From positions 1,408,001 to 1,472,000 of the forward strand of contig OZ223236.1 in NCBI GenBank assembly GCA_965140445.1: 64,000 nucleotides of DNA. The letters run 5' to 3'. Positions 20,538-28,637 of this stretch are shown here, piece after piece (positions within the stretch are counted from its first letter, which is position 1; each line of letters begins with the position of its first letter). The stretch is from Candidatus Ozemobacteraceae bacterium. GTDB taxonomy: Bacteria > Muiribacteriota > Ozemobacteria > Ozemobacterales > Ozemobacteraceae. Below the pieces are notes generated by a model, which ran no database searches, was not told the DNA's origin, and saw only the letters and a list, made by a program, of their open reading frames with translations. The position numbers were made by a program, and so were the translations under genes.

Positions 20538-20795
20538 TTATCTTTTAATTCTTAGTAATCTAATGTGGTTAGCCAGGTAACATTTTTCAAAGAGGTAACA
20601 GTTGGCACATTTTGATTGGTAATCAGGTTTATCAATTTTCATTGATTCAAAGGTCATACCTGTCATGTTCCATTTTCCAAAATAGTCTGTGCCAAAGCAT
20701 TTTGGGGGAGTTTTTTCATTGTTTGTGTTGCTCAAACCTTGTGCAGGTTGTGACCCCATAGTTCCAAGAGTTCCAGGTGGCTTTAGCATTGACAT
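20538..20795 (-). CDS. Small hypothetical protein with four Cys (CFG...CxxCx5C)
   Basis: GGAG RBS upstream; same strand as and just upstream of pdp. Confidence 0.7.
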   Translation of the reverse strand: MSMLKPPGTLGTMGSQPAQGLSNTNNEKTPPKCFGTDYFGKWNMTGMTFESMKIDKPDYQSKCANCYLFEKCYLANHIRLLRIKR

Positions 20796-20916
20796 ATTTT
20801 TTCTCCAGTTTGAATTTGAGTCATAATAACATATCGAAGCAGTTCGGTATAGTTTAAACCAACGTACATAAAACTCAAAATTGATTTTATTGGGGTAAAC
20901 TGTTTATACTCTTACT

Positions 20917-22761
20917 TTGATTTACTTTGCCAAATTTTGGAGTTACTCAAATTTGATAATTCTTTTTAGTTCTGCGGATTGCAAAACTTTCTACTATGAT
21001 GCTGACTTTCTGCGCTTTGTAAACGCGCACAAGGTTTCATGCCCTAAAGACTTGTTTGCACTGCATTCTGCATGTGAGTCTGACGAATTTAAAAAAGACC
21101 TGAACCTGCTTACCAATGGTGGACTTCCAGATTTTAAAAGAAAGCTCCTATTCCAGACAAATGACGGTGAAGAAATTGAATTGGTTTTTATTTTTTCTTT
21201 GAAGTGTCTTGAAAAAGAAACTTTAATTGTTGGAGAAGCCCAATACTGCAATTCAACAAAGGACGATGAGCATTTTTATAAATTGCAGCTAAGCGAAATG
21301 AAAATGGCGACCATAATAGATAGTGCTGTTGACGCTATTATTACCATTGATGAAACAGGTGCCATTCAAGCCTTCAACCGTGCTGCAGAGAAAATGTTTG
21401 CATATTCAGTAAAAGAAGTAATGGGGCGCAACATTAGTTTGTTGATGCCTGAGCCTTTTCGATCAGAACACTCAGATTATATAGCCAGGTATCTTAGAAC
21501 CGGGATTCCTCACATTATAGGTATTGGCCGAGAGGTCGTAGCACAACGAAAGTGTGGAGAGATTTTTCCCATAGATCTTGCGGTTGGGGAAGTTAAGTCG
21601 GAAGAAGGCTGCTTGTTCACAGGATTTGTAAGAGATTTGACTGAGAGGAAAAAGCTTGAACGGGAAAGAGATAGTTTTTTTCAAATGTCCATGGATTTAT
21701 TCTGCATAATCGGATTTGATGGCTATTTGAAAAAAGTTAATGCCCAATGGGAAGAACTTTTGGGATATAGCTTTAAGGAACTTAAGGAAATAGAAATTAG
21801 TAAGCTGTTTCACCCGGATGATGTTTTTCCTGACAGACCTGTTTTTAAGGGCATGCTTGGTGGCTCTAGTGTGGTTGGGAAGCCTGTAAGAATGTTATGT
21901 AAGAATGGCGATTATCGCTGGCTTGTATGGAATGGCACGGTTGATATTAATAATCAGGTTATTTACGGCGTAGCCAGAGATGTTACAGAACAGAAAAAAA
22001 TGGTGCAGGAAATCAAAGACGCTAAAATTAGCGCAGAAAGATCAAGTGAAGCAAAAGGTTTGTTTATTGCAAAGATGAGTCATGAATTACGGACTCCTCT
22101 TAATTCCATTATTGGCTTTTCAAATGTTCTTCTTAAAAGTACCAGGAAGAGACTTTTGCCAAAAGAGATGGTTTACCTTGAAAGAATTAAACAAAATGGG
22201 CAAAGCCTTTTCAGGCTGATTTCCAGTATTTTAGATTTTTCTAAAACGGAATCAGGATTTATTGAGTTAGATATTCAGGAAGTCAATGTTAAAGAGATGA
22301 TTGAAGAGATTGTTGATTTAATGCAAAGCATTCTTGAAGAAAAAAATATCACTATTGAAATTTCATCTCCAGAAAATCTTGAGCTTTTAAATTCAGATCC
22401 AATAAAACTTAGGCAGATTTTTCAAAACCTGATTGATAATGCGGTAAAATTTTCAGAGAAGGGAATTGTAAAAATCTGCATTTTAGCTGAAGTTATTGAT
22501 GGTTTGAATATTATTGATAGAGTTCAAATAATTGATTCAGGACCTGGTATCTCGGTGGATGAATTGAATATAATTTTTGAAGCCTTTCAGCAGGGCGATA
22601 ACGGATTTGCCAGAAAATTTGGCGGAGCTGGACTTGGGTTATCTATTGCAAAATCCTTTTCGGAGCTTCTGGATTTGCAAATCGTAGTTGAGCGAACTGG
22701 CCCTGAGGGTAGTTGCTTTAGCGTTATTTTTGCACGCGAAAACGGGGAAAAAAGTGATTAG
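20917..22761 (+). CDS. PAS-PAS sensor histidine kinase with FixL-type heme PAS
   Basis: PAS1 LMPEPFRSEHSDYIARYLRTGIPHIIGIGREV...GEIFPIDLAVGE; H-box SHELRTPL; N, G1 and G2 boxes. Start uncertain. Confidence 0.9.
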   Translation: MIYFAKFWSYSNLIILFSSADCKTFYYDADFLRFVNAHKVSCPKDLFALHSACESDEFKKDLNLLTNGGLPDFKRKLLFQTNDGEEIELVFIFSLKCLEKETLIVGEAQYCNSTKDDEHFYKLQLSEMKMATIIDSAVDAIITIDETGAIQAFNRAAEKMFAYSVKEVMGRNISLLMPEPFRSEHSDYIARYLRTGIPHIIGIGREVVAQRKCGEIFPIDLAVGEVKSEEGCLFTGFVRDLTERKKLERERDSFFQMSMDLFCIIGFDGYLKKVNAQWEELLGYSFKELKEIEISKLFHPDDVFPDRPVFKGMLGGSSVVGKPVRMLCKNGDYRWLVWNGTVDINNQVIYGVARDVTEQKKMVQEIKDAKISAERSSEAKGLFIAKMSHELRTPLNSIIGFSNVLLKSTRKRLLPKEMVYLERIKQNGQSLFRLISSILDFSKTESGFIELDIQEVNVKEMIEEIVDLMQSILEEKNITIEISSPENLELLNSDPIKLRQIFQNLIDNAVKFSEKGIVKICILAEVIDGLNIIDRVQIIDSGPGISVDELNIIFEAFQQGDNGFARKFGGAGLGLSIAKSFSELLDLQIVVERTGPEGSCFSVIFARENGEKSD

Positions 22762-24013
22762 TCCTGAAGTTTTAAAAATGAGAATCTTGATTGTTGACGA
22801 CGCCTTCGATAACAGGCTTTTGCTTGAGGCAATCCTGGAGGGCGAGGGCTTCGAAAAAATTGATATGGCGGAATCTGCAAATGAAGCCATAGATATATTG
22901 AGTTCAAGAAGTGAATCCGGTGATTCAATTGATTTGATACTGATGGACATAATGATGCCAGAAATAACAGGGATTGAAGCGACCAGGCTGATTAAGCAGT
23001 GTGAAGTTCATAATGATATTCCAATCATTGTTGTTACCGCTAAATCTGAGACAAATGATCTGGTTGAAGCTTTTCAAGCCGGTGCTTCTGATTATATTAC
23101 CAAGCCTATAAATGAGCTGGAATTGCTTTCAAGAATTGGCTCCATGCTTCGTCTTAAAAGTGAAATTGACAGGCGAAAAGCAAAGGAATTAGAGCTTTCA
23201 ACACTTACAAGTAAGCTTGAGGATAGCAATATAAAGCTTCGTGAAATTCTGGACAATCTTCGTGAAGATTTAAACGCTGCAGGAAAAATGCAGAGAAGTC
23301 TGCTTCCCCCAATTGATCGAAAAATTCCGGGGATTACTTTTAAATCTTATTACGAGCCTTGTGAAACCATCGGTGGGGATTTGTTAAATATAATGCAAAT
23401 AGGGGAAGATCACTGTGCATTTTATTTAATGGATGTTTCAGGACATGGTATCCAGGCCGCAATGCTCGCTGTAACCGTTCACAGAATGATGTCTGCCTGG
23501 GGCGGGGAAAATAATATTTTGAGATCTCCGGACGGCACTATTAGGGAGCCTTCTAAAGTTGTTGAAGAACTAAATCGCGAATTTATGATTCAAAACAACA
23601 ATTTTCAGTATTTTACGATGACATACGGAGTAATTGATCTGAAAACAAAAATGTTAACTTACACACGAGCGGGCCACACCCCATTGATTATTCAAGACAG
23701 GGAGGGGCAGATTAAAGTTCTGGAAGAAGGTGACCCTCCGGTGGGATTTGCTGAAAAGTATCCTTTTAAGGATTTCACAGTTCAGTTAAAATCTGAATTT
23801 AGGCTAATCCTATTTTCTGATGGCATAACAGAAGCTAGAAAAGAAGACGCCAGCGATTTTTTTGGAGATAAAAGGTTCTTTTCTCTGGTAGAAGATTCAA
23901 GATGCTTTAGAATCGAAGAGTCTGTTCCAGCAATAGCTCAAAGCTTTTTCGACTGGATGGAAGATTTTAAGCCTGCCGATGATATTACCCTGTTAGCCAT
24001 AGAGATCGAGTAA
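22754..24013 (+). CDS. Response regulator fused to SpoIIE/PP2C phosphatase (RsbU-like)
   Basis: ILIVDD, LMDIMMP, KP (REC); coiled coil; GGD, DVSGHG, RAGH, FSDGITE, DDIT (PP2C). Start at GTG 22754 or ATG 22778. Confidence 0.92.
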   Translation: MISPEVLKMRILIVDDAFDNRLLLEAILEGEGFEKIDMAESANEAIDILSSRSESGDSIDLILMDIMMPEITGIEATRLIKQCEVHNDIPIIVVTAKSETNDLVEAFQAGASDYITKPINELELLSRIGSMLRLKSEIDRRKAKELELSTLTSKLEDSNIKLREILDNLREDLNAAGKMQRSLLPPIDRKIPGITFKSYYEPCETIGGDLLNIMQIGEDHCAFYLMDVSGHGIQAAMLAVTVHRMMSAWGGENNILRSPDGTIREPSKVVEELNREFMIQNNNFQYFTMTYGVIDLKTKMLTYTRAGHTPLIIQDREGQIKVLEEGDPPVGFAEKYPFKDFTVQLKSEFRLILFSDGITEARKEDASDFFGDKRFFSLVEDSRCFRIEESVPAIAQSFFDWMEDFKPADDITLLAIEIE

Positions 24014-24015
24014 AG

Positions 24016-24627
24016 TTAACTTTGCAGGGCTTTTTCAGCTTCTTTTAGTGCTTCTGGGTTATTTAGGTTTTTTCTAATCCAGTAATCATCAACAATTACA
24101 TGTAAAATTTTTTCAGGAAATTTTTCCAGAATGCCCTTTGCTCCATTTTCAAGTGGTATTTTATCAAACCATTCAAAGGTCCATGCAGGGAAAAGGCTGG
24201 GGTGACCTCTTCTTTCTCCAGTAGATGGTATAACTATTGAATCAGGATTATTCTGATGGAGTTCTAAAATTTGTTTTACAGTGTTTGCGGAAACCATTGG
24301 GTGATCCACAGGCCAAAGAAGAAATCCAGAAAACTCTGAAAGCGTTTTGACTGCCAATCTAATAGAGCTTAAAGGACCCAATTCCGGTTGGTGATTTTCT
24401 ATCCATACGCCGTTGTTTCTGCTTGCCAGTTCTTTGCTTATTGAGTCTGTTTTCTGGCCAACGAGAGTTATATTACTTATAAGACTACTGTTCTCTTTCA
24501 GGTTAAGGATTATTCTTTCGAGAAAAGTTTTGTCGCCAAGTTTCACATGCTGTTTGGGGCTTCCCATTCTAGTTGAGAAACCAGCGAGTAAAATAACTGA
24601 AGCAATTTTTATGTTTTTCTTTTGCAT
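24016..24627 (-). CDS. MobA/MocA-like nucleotidyltransferase
   Basis: LLAGFSTRMGSPK, GPLSSI, PVDHP, RGHP motifs. Confidence 0.85.
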   Translation of the reverse strand: MQKKNIKIASVILLAGFSTRMGSPKQHVKLGDKTFLERIILNLKENSSLISNITLVGQKTDSISKELASRNNGVWIENHQPELGPLSSIRLAVKTLSEFSGFLLWPVDHPMVSANTVKQILELHQNNPDSIVIPSTGERRGHPSLFPAWTFEWFDKIPLENGAKGILEKFPEKILHVIVDDYWIRKNLNNPEALKEAEKALQS

Positions 24628-24776
24628 ATGGTTAGTAATATCAAAAACCTTAAAAAAACTCTATTTTTATGAAATTTGAATACAAATGTAATTCTTTGGT
24701 TGTATTGAATTGGAGGGAAGGTTTCTGTTATATCTTTAAGTTAGAGGGTAACCAAAACTTTTTAAGGAGAAATAAA

Positions 24777-26063
24777 TTGGGCGTAGATTTAAAAAAGATT
24801 ATTCCAGCTGAAGCGAAAGCTGGGTATGAATTAAAAATAGACTTAGAAATCATCACAAATTTAATTATAAAAGAACTTTATGTTCACGGGAAAGAGGTTC
24901 CAAGAAAATTAGCTAAGCATTTAAAGGTAAATACCGAAATCGTTCAACAGATTATTGCTGAGCTTAAAAAAGGCGAAATTGTTGGCATGGTCGGTGGAAC
25001 AGGAATGGGCTCAGATTATCAGTATGGCCTTTATCCAAAAGGAACTGAGCGTGCTAAGAACATTCTGGATCGTGATACTTACGTTGGTCCTGCTCCGGTA
25101 AGTTTTGATGAATATATTAGAATTACAAACGAGGTCCTAGCAGAAAATAAACAGGGATTTGCAATCAATAGAGCTTTGATGGAGGACAAATTCTCGCATC
25201 ATCTTGGTTACAAAGATGTTCTGTTTCAAATCGGGCAAGCTGTTTGTGCCAGAAAACCTGCTTTTGTGTATGGTTTCCCTGGAAACGGTAAAACTTTCCT
25301 TTGTAGCTCGGTTGTTAAGTTGCTTCCACCTATGATTGTTCCTTATGCAGTTGATGTTGGAAATCAGCTGGTTAGAATTTATGACCCAAGCTGTCATCAA
25401 ATAATTGAAGATTTTGATATGGATGGTCTTGATGAAAGATGGGTTGCTGTTCATCCACCATTGATTACTGCAGGTGGGGAATTGACTCTTGAGGATCTCG
25501 AAGTTAAGTTTAACCCAAAATTTGGGTGTTTCGATGCTCCACCACAGGTTAAAGCTACGGGCGGCGTTCTTCTGATAGACGATTTGGGACGTCAGAGATG
25601 TGGAGTCGAAGAAATATTCAATAGATTCATTATTCCTCTGGAAAACAAAATTGATTATCTTGTTCTTGGCGGACAAAGAATGCAAGTTCCTACTGATGAA
25701 ATTGTTCTTTTCAGTACTAACCTTGATCCAATGAAGATTGTTGATGATGCATTTTTAAGACGGTTGCCCTACAAAATTAATGTTAGAAATCCACGGGTAG
25801 ATGAATATTCTGAAATATGGAAGTCTATGTCCAGCAAGCTGGGTCTGGTCTTTGATCAAGCAAATATCGACTATGTTTTAACTCTTTATAAACGTGATAA
25901 AAGAGGGCTTAGGGCAGTTCATCCAAGGGATATTCTAAATATTGTCAGGGATAGAAAGCGCTATTTGGAAAACCCAGAAACTTCTATTACTCAAGAAGAG
26001 CTTGATGAAGCTTATGGAATCTACTTTGTAAGTGACCTTACTCTAGTTGAAACAATTGAATAG
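24777..26063 (+). CDS. AAA+ ATPase with N-terminal winged-helix-like region
   Basis: YVGPAPV, Walker A GFPGNGKT, Walker B LLIDD, FSTN sensor, DAFLRR arginine finger. Start at TTG 24777 after AAGGAG. Confidence 0.85.
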   Translation: MGVDLKKIIPAEAKAGYELKIDLEIITNLIIKELYVHGKEVPRKLAKHLKVNTEIVQQIIAELKKGEIVGMVGGTGMGSDYQYGLYPKGTERAKNILDRDTYVGPAPVSFDEYIRITNEVLAENKQGFAINRALMEDKFSHHLGYKDVLFQIGQAVCARKPAFVYGFPGNGKTFLCSSVVKLLPPMIVPYAVDVGNQLVRIYDPSCHQIIEDFDMDGLDERWVAVHPPLITAGGELTLEDLEVKFNPKFGCFDAPPQVKATGGVLLIDDLGRQRCGVEEIFNRFIIPLENKIDYLVLGGQRMQVPTDEIVLFSTNLDPMKIVDDAFLRRLPYKINVRNPRVDEYSEIWKSMSSKLGLVFDQANIDYVLTLYKRDKRGLRAVHPRDILNIVRDRKRYLENPETSITQEELDEAYGIYFVSDLTLVETIE

Positions 26064-26075
26064 TTAATTTTTTAC

Positions 26076-26116
26076 TCAGCGGCAGGGAACTTTCTTGTTC
26101 TCTGCCGCTGAATTTT
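26076..26116 (+). terminator. Intrinsic terminator-like hairpin after the AAA ATPase
   Basis: TCAGCGGCAGGGAAC-tttctt-GTTCTCTGCCGCTGA, 15 bp stem with one G-U pair, followed by ATTTT. Confidence 0.65.
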
Positions 26117-26142
26117 ATCTCTTTGATTCCAGGGGAAAGCAT

Positions 26143-27021
26143 TTGAACTGGATTTTCTTTGTAGAAGGAACTATTGCGGGCTTGCTTGCTGGTTATGCAA
26201 GCTGGCTGGTTGCTCCTGCAGGAATTTCCTGGAATGTTTTGTTGAATTTTCAAACCACAATTCTTACTGTGGGCGTTTTTTCTGGAGTTTTTACTGGGAT
26301 TATCTATGCAATTCCACATCTCAGTAGAGAAAGGCGATTAAAAAAATTCTTAGGACAATTGCTCCCTGGGACATCAGTGGGCCTGGCTATTCCAATGCTG
26401 GGAGGGGTTGTTTATACAATCTTTGCTGAAATAGTAGTTGAACATTTAAATGTTCCCGGAGGGGTTGTCAGGTTTTTCTGGTGGCTTTTGCTGTCCATAT
26501 TAATCTCTACCGGTTTTGGCATTTTAAATCACTCTTTAAAGATAATGTGCAGAACAATGATGGGGCTTATACCTTCCTTTCTTATATCTGGGGTAATGTT
26601 AGATAAGATTTTTCTTCCTCACGAAGAGTATCTAAAAGGTGCACTATTTATTGGAGTAATAATTGCTGTCGGATATGTTGTTTCCTGGGAGCTTTTAAAA
26701 GATGCATGGCTTGAGGAAGAAATAAACTCATCAGTAACATTCAGATATTTCATTGATTCTGCCGATTTTATAATAGGATCATCTGATAACTGTGATCTGA
26801 GTCTTGAGGATGGACCAGAGCAGATCCTTTGTATTAGCTGCAATGATGGAGTTCATGCCCTTGATGTGTTAGCGGAGGAACATAGGATCGTAGTAAATTC
26901 ATCTAGAATCAGGCATAGAGTTTTGGTCGATGGCGATGTGATAAGTATTGGAAACCGAAAGTTTGTTTATCACTCAAAGCTTGCTCGATCAAGAGACATT
27001 ATTCCTGAGGCTTTTGCCTGA
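26143..27021 (+). CDS. Multi-pass membrane protein with C-terminal FHA-like domain
   Basis: About 6 Gly-rich TM segments then FIIGSSDNCDL...VVN...LVDGDVISIG. Start at TTG 26143 after AGGGG. Confidence 0.75.
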   Translation: MNWIFFVEGTIAGLLAGYASWLVAPAGISWNVLLNFQTTILTVGVFSGVFTGIIYAIPHLSRERRLKKFLGQLLPGTSVGLAIPMLGGVVYTIFAEIVVEHLNVPGGVVRFFWWLLLSILISTGFGILNHSLKIMCRTMMGLIPSFLISGVMLDKIFLPHEEYLKGALFIGVIIAVGYVVSWELLKDAWLEEEINSSVTFRYFIDSADFIIGSSDNCDLSLEDGPEQILCISCNDGVHALDVLAEEHRIVVNSSRIRHRVLVDGDVISIGNRKFVYHSKLARSRDIIPEAFA

Positions 27022-27036
27022 TGTTAGGAGTGAAAT

Positions 27037-27363
27037 ATGAAATTAGAATTTGATTCAAGAGGGGACTATTCAATCATTAAGGTTTTTGGCGAGGTGGATA
27101 TTTCCAATTTTAAGCAGTTGGAAGAATCTATTGCTGAATACAAAGAACTGTCTTTTCAAAAGGTTTTGTTTGATTTTTCAGAGCTTGAGTATATTGATAG
27201 CTCTGGAGTAGGGGTTCTTGTTAGACTTTTTCGCGCAGTGGATAAGAACGAAGGAAGTGTTGGAATTGCCGGGTGCAGAGAATGCATTGAGAAGAATTTT
27301 AAACTTCTCAAGCTGGACAATTTCTTTGCTTTTTATGGAAATGTGGACGAGGCCTTAATCTAG
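27037..27363 (+). CDS. STAS-domain anti-sigma factor antagonist
   Basis: GEVD, DFSELEYIDSSGVGVL with the phosphorylatable Ser; 108 aa. Confidence 0.92.
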   Translation: MKLEFDSRGDYSIIKVFGEVDISNFKQLEESIAEYKELSFQKVLFDFSELEYIDSSGVGVLVRLFRAVDKNEGSVGIAGCRECIEKNFKLLKLDNFFAFYGNVDEALI

Positions 27364-27364
27364 C

Positions 27365-28093
27365 TTAAAATACTGATTGTGGTGCATTTACCGGGCCGGG
27401 GGCTTGTTTCTCTTTAATTAACGATACAATCCATTCCAGGCACTCTGTTGTTAAGATAAAGCCTTTTCTCACGCTAAGTCTGAGTGACCCTTTTTTGCCC
27501 ACTGTAGCTGTGAGGGGGCCAAGCGGAGTATCCATAATACCGGCAACACTATCGATACCGTGATTTCTTGGGTCGATTATGTTATAGCCGATATAGCTTT
27601 CGATATGACCCGCAAGTCTTGCTCTTCTGACTTCTTTGTCTTTTGGATTAGTTAATACAATCGACTTTAGTTTGGTCATTCTTTCCTGGAGCTGGTTCAT
27701 CTGATCAAATTCGAACTCGGTTAGCGAAACATTGCTTCCAGTCAGGCCGCAAAGGGCAAGTGAAAGTCCCTTCATTGGGCCAGGTCTACCAGTAGTGAAG
27801 ACGTAATTTTTGGTAGCAATAAATTCACAGCTTTCAATTCTTTTAAAAAGAGTTTTAGTTGAAATGCCTTCCACAAGGTGCTCTACTTCAAATGGGATAA
27901 TTCCACTGAAATAGCCTCTAATTAATTCACCATCAGTGTCACAATCATGAAATCCAGGTATTTCTGAATCAAGCAAAAACTGATCACCTTCTTGCATGAT
28001 GCGTTGGAAAGTGGCCTGAATATCTTCGATGTCACAATCCCAAATTTTCACAGAAATTGACGAACCCGCAATTTCGATTTCATTCAGCGACAT
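27365..28093 (-). CDS. Hypothetical protein
   Basis: 242 aa ORF with GGAGG RBS; no family recognised. Confidence 0.75.
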   Translation of the reverse strand: MSLNEIEIAGSSISVKIWDCDIEDIQATFQRIMQEGDQFLLDSEIPGFHDCDTDGELIRGYFSGIIPFEVEHLVEGISTKTLFKRIESCEFIATKNYVFTTGRPGPMKGLSLALCGLTGSNVSLTEFEFDQMNQLQERMTKLKSIVLTNPKDKEVRRARLAGHIESYIGYNIIDPRNHGIDSVAGIMDTPLGPLTATVGKKGSLRLSVRKGFILTTECLEWIVSLIKEKQAPGPVNAPQSVF

Positions 28094-28241
28094 GGTGAAC
28101 CTCCAATTATAAATGTGTGGTTATTCTAATTCACTTGAAGCTTCATTTCAAGAAAGGTTTTTTCTAAAAATTGTACCATTGTTTTTACTTTTAACTTTAG
28201 CTGTGGTACTCTGCCTGAAAACGAATTTGTCGGAGTTGCAT

Positions 28242-28634
28242 GTGCCAAGACCTCTTTCAAGATCATTTATAATTTTTCTTTTTGTTTTGTTTCTTGCTCC
28301 AGCCTTTTCTCAAAGCCCTGGAACAGTAGGGGATCCTCTTGTTTCAAAGAGCTATATCGATCATTTTTTCAAATTCAGATCGGTTGTGTTACCTGCGAAA
28401 TCAAAACTTAACGCCAGTCCGGGAGCATTGATTGTAGTGCGTTCTGGATTAATTAAGCTTGAAGCAGCTAAGGGCAAAGGGCTTGTAGATTTAACAGCTG
28501 GAAAAGAGATTAAAAATGGCGAAATTATTCCTCTGAATCATTTGGTTATAATTCCTGATTCTGCTGGCTATACATTGCATGCTGAAAAACTGTCTCTTTT
28601 ACTTGCTTCATGCCTGGAAGAAGAAAAACCTTAA
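28242..28634 (+). CDS. Secreted hypothetical protein (PGxxxDPLVSKSYxD type)
   Basis: GTG after GGAG, signal peptide ending AFS-Q; lies immediately upstream of the DUF5693-CsaB gene. Confidence 0.7.
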   Translation: MPRPLSRSFIIFLFVLFLAPAFSQSPGTVGDPLVSKSYIDHFFKFRSVVLPAKSKLNASPGALIVVRSGLIKLEAAKGKGLVDLTAGKEIKNGEIIPLNHLVIIPDSAGYTLHAEKLSLLLASCLEEEKP

Positions 28635-28637
28635 ATA

